IMG/VR virus record: IMGVR_UViG_2162886007_000107
Coordinates: 1 to 64,000 of that record
Direction: 5' to 3' (one strand)
DNA: 64,000 bases
The translations under genes were made by a program, and so were the position numbers. The notes under the pieces were generated by a model. That model was not told where the DNA came from, made no database searches, and worked only from the letters and a program-made list of their open reading frames with translations. Every line of letters starts with the position of its first letter. The stretch's first letter is position 1. Shown here in pieces: positions 57,732 to 64,000 of the stretch.

Positions 57732-58198
57732 GTGTGTGTCCTCTAGCCCGGCTGCGCTTCAGCGGACCGGTCTGGGTTAATACATTTTTCCAGGTAACTC
57801 CTTAAGGAGAAAATGGTTTTCTTACCTAATTAAGGAAATTGGTTTAAAGGTTCTTATAGCATCTTTACAAGAGGACTTTTTGTTAACGGAGTTGTATCCT
57901 ATACATAATCGGGAAGAGAGAGCAGAGGAAGATAGTGAAGTAGGATACCGGGAAGAAGCCCTAGTAGACTACGAAGCAAAGCGGAGTGGGATACTAGAGA
58001 GCCTTCCTGGTATACTACTGAACGACTAGAAGCGGAGTAATCTTTAGATTACGACCTCCTGCTATCTCTGTAAGGCCGCAGGCCTTACTATAGTGTATTT
58101 TTTAACCTCACTTATTATCTTATTATTCAAAGTATAAAATCTTGTCTCAGTCCTACGGGATTGGGGTAAGGGGTTTATTTTGCATTTCGTTAGAAATA

Positions 58199-58215
58199 TT
58201 CAGACCTACATTACT
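58199..58215 (+). promoter_or_regulatory. phiKZ-type early promoter
   Basis: TTCAGACCTACATTACT upstream of the Ntn protease gene. Confidence 0.7.
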
Positions 58216-58317
58216 AAGGTGAAGTGAAAACAAGATTTATTAACTAACAATGTAATCATATTACTAACCTATTCAACATTCCGTTTAAGTTAGGTTAGAG
58301 AAGAGGAACTTGGGATA

Positions 58318-58944
58318 ATGACTACCGTAGCCGTTACCGACAAACAACTGGCAACTGATAGCCAGGCTACTCGTGCCATGACAGCTATGCCGTCGAATTT
58401 CCAGAAGATCTTTACTCCGGAAGAGGACAAGGAGTACTGGGAAGTAAATGGCGTCAAAATCATCGCATTCGGTCTGTGTGGCAATTACCACGCAGCAGAC
58501 TTCATCAAGCACTACCTGGCCAAGGGCATCGACTACCGCAGTCGTGTGGAACACGAAGATGAGCTGGACTTCGAAGCACTGATCATTGACGAGAACCACA
58601 ACATCTTCACCTGGAGCGTTTACGCCAACAAAGAAAAGCGTGGCGAAGATCAGTTCCTGGTGCGTGTACAACCACCGATCGCTGCTGGTAGCGGTTTCAA
58701 GTTTGCACTGGCAGTAATGTGCAACGGTCGGACCGCTGAGAAAGCAGTCCAGGTTGCAATTAAACTGGATCCGTTCAGCGGTGGTGAAGTGCAGGTCTTC
58801 GACTTCCCTGCCAAACCTGAGGTACCAAGTGTTCGTCCAGAGCACCTGAAACCGAAGGAAGAAGAGAAGAAAGACGACCCCAAGGCTGCTGAAGAAAAGC
58901 CGAAGGGTAAGGGTAAGAAAGAAGAACCAGTTAAGGCCGCGTAA
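58318..58944 (+). CDS. HslV / proteasome-beta-like Ntn-hydrolase protease
   Basis: M-TTVA N-terminal Thr, ATDSQAT, AAGSG and DPFSGG motifs; charged C-terminal tail. Confidence 0.85.
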   Translation: MTTVAVTDKQLATDSQATRAMTAMPSNFQKIFTPEEDKEYWEVNGVKIIAFGLCGNYHAADFIKHYLAKGIDYRSRVEHEDELDFEALIIDENHNIFTWSVYANKEKRGEDQFLVRVQPPIAAGSGFKFALAVMCNGRTAEKAVQVAIKLDPFSGGEVQVFDFPAKPEVPSVRPEHLKPKEEEKKDDPKAAEEKPKGKGKKEEPVKAA

Positions 58945-58960
58945 GGCACCTACCTGGCGT

Positions 58961-58995
58961 ATAACCCTACCTACCCCTGGGGTAGGTAGGGTTAT
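58961..58995. terminator. 17-bp inverted repeat
   Basis: ATAACCCTACCTACCCC-t-GGGGTAGGTAGGGTTAT. Confidence 0.7.
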
Positions 58996-59034
58996 TACCT
59001 TTATGTTTGTTAAATCGTTTTGGAGGGCTTTATC

Positions 59035-59679
59035 ATGTACATCATTCTTGAGCAACCTGATGGTTCTTTGAACGTTACCGATACTGGTGACAGCTATACC
59101 AAGACGGAGATCATTCCGGCTACTGCTAACCAGGATCCGTACATTCGGGTTACTAACTTTGGGGGCAATGCTGTTCTCAATGAGAAGATTACTGGATCGG
59201 TAGAAATCGTTGGGGTACACGGCAACATCCTGGTGAGCAAGACCTTCAGAGAACTGGCCAAGGCAATCATCGAAAAGCCTCCGGCACATTGTTTCCATCC
59301 AAAGAAAGCATTGCTGGAATGGATGTCTATCAACGGCAACATTAACGAAGAAAAGATCCAAGCACTACTGCACAACTTTGTGCAGGGAGTGGATGTAAGG
59401 CTGGATGAAGTTCGATTGATTGTGCTGGATCCAAAGTTTGAAGAAAACCATTTGGTCTGCTTCATCGCCAAACAGGAAGGTGACTCTAACTTACTTCCTT
59501 TGGTTGCATTAAACGATCAGGGCGAAATCCACATGATTGGATATGCCGCTGATGAAGTCTTAAAGGCAATGGGGATGACCAGACACAGTAAAGTATCTGT
59601 TGGCTGGCAGCACAGTGGTGATCTGAAAAGTTACGAGCTTGTAACCGATCGCTATCAACAAATCTGGATTAAGGGATAA
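59035..59679 (+). CDS. Hypothetical protein, shared N-terminal module family member 1
   Basis: GGAGG RBS before ATG 59035. Confidence 0.75.
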   Translation: MYIILEQPDGSLNVTDTGDSYTKTEIIPATANQDPYIRVTNFGGNAVLNEKITGSVEIVGVHGNILVSKTFRELAKAIIEKPPAHCFHPKKALLEWMSINGNINEEKIQALLHNFVQGVDVRLDEVRLIVLDPKFEENHLVCFIAKQEGDSNLLPLVALNDQGEIHMIGYAADEVLKAMGMTRHSKVSVGWQHSGDLKSYELVTDRYQQIWIKG

Positions 59680-59682
59680 GCA

Positions 59683-59931
59683 ATGGCACTCAAAGTAATT
59701 CTGGAAGCACATAGCGGCAACGTAAAGATCTTGGGCTTTACTGAACACGGCCTTGAACTGGACATTCATAGAGCACAAAATACAACACCCGACCCCAAGC
59801 TTTACGTCTCCTACCATGGGTCGGCTGCCAACAGTTATGGTATCTACGGGTCTATCACCATCATTGATGACCACGGTAATGTCATTTACACGAAAACTCG
59901 TGAAGAACTGGGATGGAAGCCTAAACAATGA
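59683..59931 (+). CDS. Hypothetical protein, stand-alone module (member 2)
   Basis: 82 aa; aligns with the N-terminus of 59035. Confidence 0.75.
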   Translation: MALKVILEAHSGNVKILGFTEHGLELDIHRAQNTTPDPKLYVSYHGSAANSYGIYGSITIIDDHGNVIYTKTREELGWKPKQ

Positions 59932-60629
59932 TTGTACTCAATCGAGATGATCGTGGGGTAGCTGTAGAGTCCATGCAGGTACCAAACGGAACAGCCATCA
60001 ACATTACTTCTGATGGCAACGGTGTTCCCAAAGTCCTTATCGGTAAATCCTCGTCAATGCTGGTAAAACACACGTTAGTCATTATGACCGACACCGGGGT
60101 GATTATCGAGGAGCACAAAAGAGAATCGTTGATTGAAAAACAATTTGTGCGTTTTAGCAAGGACTTTTATTTCGCAACGTCTATTTGCTTAACTCCAGAA
60201 GGGCGAATCCTGGGAGGTCATCGAACTAAACAGGTTGCGATTTATACAGGCTCAACTTTGGCAGAGGGGTATGAAAAACCTCTTAAAGATTTGCTCGACA
60301 ACATTGTCCTGACAACCAAACAGGACGGACCTTGGAGAGCAGTAAATAAATTTAACAATGCTTCTATCCTTGATTTGAGTGATGAGATCAAATCAACACA
60401 CACATTCTGGGGATGGTCGGAAGAACCAGGTCATTTTAGTACTGGCGACTACACCAGCAACTACGTGGGCCTGAACATGATTAAACATAGTGAGGAAACT
60501 TGGGCTTTTTGGCAAGCAAACCTCAACACCAATCCAGAAGCAATTATTGATGCTATCAAACAAGACATCGTTGAGTCTACCCGACAAGCGCATGTAAAAG
60601 CTATCCTTTTGGAAACCGGTCGTAGTTAA
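59928..60629 (+). CDS. Hypothetical protein, family member 3
   Basis: ATGA coupling; 233 aa. Confidence 0.75.
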   Translation: MIVLNRDDRGVAVESMQVPNGTAINITSDGNGVPKVLIGKSSSMLVKHTLVIMTDTGVIIEEHKRESLIEKQFVRFSKDFYFATSICLTPEGRILGGHRTKQVAIYTGSTLAEGYEKPLKDLLDNIVLTTKQDGPWRAVNKFNNASILDLSDEIKSTHTFWGWSEEPGHFSTGDYTSNYVGLNMIKHSEETWAFWQANLNTNPEAIIDAIKQDIVESTRQAHVKAILLETGRS

Positions 60630-60742
60630 CTGGCTTTCCATATTAAAGATCAGGGGCGGCTCTGATCTTGTTTCACCAGCACGCACACAATACTCCGAAA
60701 TACCCAAGCAATACCTACTAATCAATAAACAGGAAATAGATC

Positions 60743-62155
60743 ATGTCCGTACATGTAAAGATGCTCGACAAAGATGGTGTAGGCTTCCGCTTCGTAACTG
60801 TGGAAGACCCAGTTTGTATTCAACTGATTCCAACCGATCCAGATATCGGCGGTTATCCAGTTCTGCGTATTGGCCGCACTCCAGCACCAATCATCAACTA
60901 CCCACTCACCAATGACGCCTATGTCATGAACGATGCGGGCGAAACCATTTCCAAGGTGTCCCTGAAGGAATGCCTGCGGGAAGTTGGTAAAGAACAATTC
61001 CGTCCTGACCGTAAAGGTTTGGCCGAACTCCCACCGTTTGAAGAACAACATCGGAAAGTCATCTCCGATAGTCTTCGTATGGGCTCCCTTTCCGTAAACA
61101 TTAAGACCGACGACCCTGTTGGCCTGGTTAAAGAAATGCGTGAAGCATTCAACGGGACGGACAAGAATCCAAATGGTAACCGCCCGCGTCAAATCCAACT
61201 TGATCCTAGCTTCAGACGCATCGAAGCTAGTGAAGAAAAGTGGTGGGTGTACAACGGTGATAAGCTCATAGACGTCCTCATGCTCGGTGCAAGAGACCTT
61301 GCAACGCTCAATGCATGCGTCTCTCCAAATGACCGTGTTGCATTTGACGAGTACCTAATCCTTAACTGGTCGGGTAAGGCTGAAACCCTTCAAGGATTTC
61401 AGAAAGAGATTGCCCGTAATAACAAACTCTACGATGCCTACATGTTGGTAGCGGGTACTACCGTTTGTACAGCCACATCTTTTACTCCATTGATGCCTGA
61501 TCCAGAATTGGGTGCTCATTTGTACGCCTTAATCAATGGGCAGAAAGTCCACGTTTCTGCCCTGACTATGGGCGACGTCATAATCAACAATGTGTTCTAT
61601 CTGAACCCGTTGTCGGTTGATCCAACAGTTGTTGATTGTGATCCAGAAATCATGACGTACATGTTGGCTGCATCTACCGTGTATTTCCATGCTCGTCCAG
61701 AAGAACGTACCGATGAAACAGGGATCAAAGGCTGGATTGATTACGCTTTCCATGATTCCAAGTACAACGTAACCTTGCCAAAGAGTGCGGTCGGTGAAGA
61801 AATCGACTCTACTATTGAAGCTGCTTCTACAGGGCTTTGGAAGAACGCCATCTTATCTTTGACCCAATACACCAAAAATCTTCTTGGCAACCCGGCTCTT
61901 TCTGACAAGATCCAGTTGTTACAGATTCGGGTTACAAAAGGTAGCGTGCAAAGTTTCAGAACCTTCATTACCAGAAATGGTGTGGCGGTCCGTATGTTCT
62001 GGGAAGATAGGGAAGACGCGGTAACTGACGAAGCAATCGAATTAATCAAGAAAGCTTTCGATAACCCTCGCAATTACTTCTGGTTTAACGTTTACCTGGA
62101 TGTAAAGGAAGGTTACGATAGTGATCTGATTGTCAAAGAAGTAAAAAGCAACTGA
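60743..62155 (+). CDS. Hypothetical protein, family member 4
   Basis: 470 aa with AGGA RBS; AYVMNDAGETI motif. Confidence 0.75.
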   Translation: MSVHVKMLDKDGVGFRFVTVEDPVCIQLIPTDPDIGGYPVLRIGRTPAPIINYPLTNDAYVMNDAGETISKVSLKECLREVGKEQFRPDRKGLAELPPFEEQHRKVISDSLRMGSLSVNIKTDDPVGLVKEMREAFNGTDKNPNGNRPRQIQLDPSFRRIEASEEKWWVYNGDKLIDVLMLGARDLATLNACVSPNDRVAFDEYLILNWSGKAETLQGFQKEIARNNKLYDAYMLVAGTTVCTATSFTPLMPDPELGAHLYALINGQKVHVSALTMGDVIINNVFYLNPLSVDPTVVDCDPEIMTYMLAASTVYFHARPEERTDETGIKGWIDYAFHDSKYNVTLPKSAVGEEIDSTIEAASTGLWKNAILSLTQYTKNLLGNPALSDKIQLLQIRVTKGSVQSFRTFITRNGVAVRMFWEDREDAVTDEAIELIKKAFDNPRNYFWFNVYLDVKEGYDSDLIVKEVKSN

Positions 62156-62174
62156 CAGTTGTTATGTTATACAA

Positions 62175-62755
62175 GAGGTGTGCTTTCTGAACCTCTAACC
62201 CAATTCCCCGAGAGGGAATCTTTGGTCCCTTAAGGGTGGAGCCGAAGTACGTAAGGGGATATGCTATTTCGTGACTGCTTGTGTATATCCGAACCCTATG
62301 GTGGTATGTCAAAGCCACAAGTCACAACTGTTTCTATTACATGCCCGCTGGACTGGGAGCCGTTGGCCGATAGGCGAATGCGGCAAAGCACGGTCTGGTA
62401 GGATTCTGAGATAGTTGAGGCGAACCTTTACGCCTGGGGGTGATTCTAGAAAATCCCCGGGGGTCTAGGTCTTGCCCGGATGGTTCCGGGTTTTCCGGGG
62501 GAGGGGACGGCAAAGGACGTTCTTTTCCCCGGCGCTATTTAAAGGTAACGTTTATGACGGGACCTAACGAATCCGTGTAAGAGACGGTATCTGGATAAAC
62601 CTAATGTTGCGGTCTTCTCTTTAGTCTGAATAAGACGGTCAGAGTTGTGCTAGATGTTAGGATGAAAAGCCTCATGACAGAGGGCGATTCAGACTAAGCG
62701 TATTCAGTACGTCTTAGAGAGCAGGGCGTCAATCCTGTGATCTGTCCCGATTTCC
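62175..62755 (+). ncRNA. Candidate large structured ncRNA (or several adjacent ncRNAs)
   Basis: No plus-strand ORF of 60 aa or more; many helices and a potential pseudoknot; flanked by two TATGTTATAC motifs. Confidence 0.45.
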
Positions 62756-62778
62756 TATGTTATACGAAAAAGTGTTTT

Positions 62779-62866
62779 GGAGAGATTCCCGAGTGGCCAA
62801 AGGGATCAGACTGTAAATCTGACGTGCGATCGCACTTCGTAGGTTCGAATCCTTCTCTCTCCACCA
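62779..62866 (+). tRNA. trnY: tRNA-Tyr(GTA)
   Basis: Cloverleaf with TCAGA-ctGTAaa-TCTGA, long variable arm, TTCGAAT, encoded CCA. Confidence 0.95.
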
Positions 62867-63018
62867 TGTTTATTCATAAGCCAAGTATCCAACAAGCGTA
62901 AGCCTGGATGCAGGGAACCACAAAGCCAACGCGCTGCCAGTGATTGGTTAGGCAAGCAGAAAGTAACATTACAGCCGATGGTACGGTGAAATCTACTTGA
63001 CTTATGAATAGCTTTATT

Positions 63019-63095
63019 GCGGCCATAGTTCAGCTGGTTAGAATACCCGCCTGTCACGCGGGTGGTCAGGGGTTCGAGTCCCCTTGGTCGCGCCA
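63019..63095 (+). tRNA. trnD: tRNA-Asp(GTC)
   Basis: CCCGC-ctGTCac-GCGGG, TTCGAGT, encoded CCA. Confidence 0.95.
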
Positions 63096-63511
63096 AACGT
63101 GTAGCTCTTGGCCCTGTGGGTCTCCTTGGTTGGTGTGGTGTTGTTACGCCAAGAGCTACACCCTATATTCGACGCCCCGCTACCCCGCGCCCTCGCCCGA
63201 AGAAAACACTTCCTGATTGTGGTGAGTCAGGTTCTGAGCATTTAATGCAGTGTAGTAAGAGTCTATATCGCCACGCATATTCCTTCTTCAGGTTTCATCT
63301 AGGTTTCCTGGAGAGAATCTTTGCCATTGTCCCCTGGTCCGGGCTGACGTTAACCGTGTCTATGGCAGAGTAAAGTTGTCCTGGCAAATAAGCCGGATAG
63401 AGCAAACGGTAGTTTCGTATTAAAAGTTGAAAGCAGCCTGGGATGCAGTTTGAGGTGGGTCCCCTATCGACAAGGCTAGGTTTAAAGCACTTACACTGAT
63501 CCGATTTATTA

Positions 63512-63587
63512 GGCCTAGTAGCTCAACTGGCAGAGCATCGGTCTCCAAAACCGAAGGTTCCAGGTTCGACTCCTGGCTACGCCGCCA
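63512..63587 (+). tRNA. trnW: tRNA-Trp(CCA)
   Basis: TCGGT-ctCCAaa-ACCGA, TTCGACT, encoded CCA; one C:C mismatch in the acceptor stem. Confidence 0.92.
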
Positions 63588-63731
63588 AATTCCCTTACCA
63601 GATCCATTGATCAAGGACAACCTGGTAAGGTAAGAAAACACGTAGGAGCGTGCGACGGTCTACCTCCCTTGACTTAGGTCATGAGCAACGTGCGGTATAA
63701 GTCCGAAGACACGTCAAGATTTTTGTTACAT

Positions 63732-63807
63732 TCCGTGTTAGCTCAGTTGGTAGAGCAAACGACTGTTAATCGTTTGGTCCCTGGTTCGAGTCCAGGACAC
63801 GGAGCCA
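63732..63807 (+). tRNA. trnN: tRNA-Asn(GTT)
   Basis: AACGA-ctGTTaa-TCGTT, TTCGAGT, encoded CCA. Confidence 0.95.
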
Positions 63808-64000
63808 ATTCTTTAAACCTGTGCGTAATCACCCGAGATGCACCGCCCTCACAGGTTTTCATAGCTACATTCAAAATTGTCAGTCCGATCGTTGAGGTGG
63901 TCTAAACTGATAAGGCAACGCATCGTATCCGAAGGCATGTTAACTCTAGGGACCTTACCCCTACGTTAACCGCAGCCAAACCCGCCTGAGCGTTAGAAGG

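Noticed and set aside
62436-62460. GGGGGTGATTCT resembling a tmRNA 5' end
   Set aside because: Forms a local hairpin; no matching T-arm/CCA 3' end or tag ORF found
63099-63161. Retron-like a1/a2 inverted repeat
   Set aside because: No reverse transcriptase in the window and the enclosed region is too short for msr-msd
62806-63905. Short ORFs overlapping the tRNA region
   Set aside because: They overlap clear tRNA genes and lack RBS or codon-bias support
1-64000. CRISPR array, IS element or alternative genetic code
   Set aside because: No regularly spaced direct repeats or transposase seen; core genes are intact in the standard code and no suppressor tRNA is present

Overview
This 64-kb window is part of a phiKZ-like jumbo myophage genome (Chimalliviridae-type gene order). 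The host cannot be determined from the sequence. Core genes include three subunits of the split virion RNA polymerase, a UvsX/RecA-like ATPase, an RNase H-like protein, a ~2640-aa tape-measure/tail lysin, an endolysin, the prohead protease, tail sheath and tube, and a large terminase carrying an intein in its Walker A motif. Accessory islands behind TATATTAC-type early promoters encode a thymidylate kinase, an HslV-like Ntn protease and several apparent pseudo-enzymes. The window ends in a tRNA cluster (Tyr, Asp, Trp, Asn) interleaved with strongly base-paired non-coding segments. The most unusual observations are: (1) a 532-aa orphan protein carrying a 16-aa copy of the tail-tube N-terminal peptide, conserved at protein level; (2) four consecutive genes sharing one N-terminal module with different C-termini, next to the HslV-like protease; (3) a free-standing class-3 intein-like gene with no host protein, plus a related terminase intein that starts with Phe; (4) a ~600-nt candidate ncRNA and further closed-stem RNAs among the tRNAs. 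All product calls come from motifs and remembered synteny; no database search was run.
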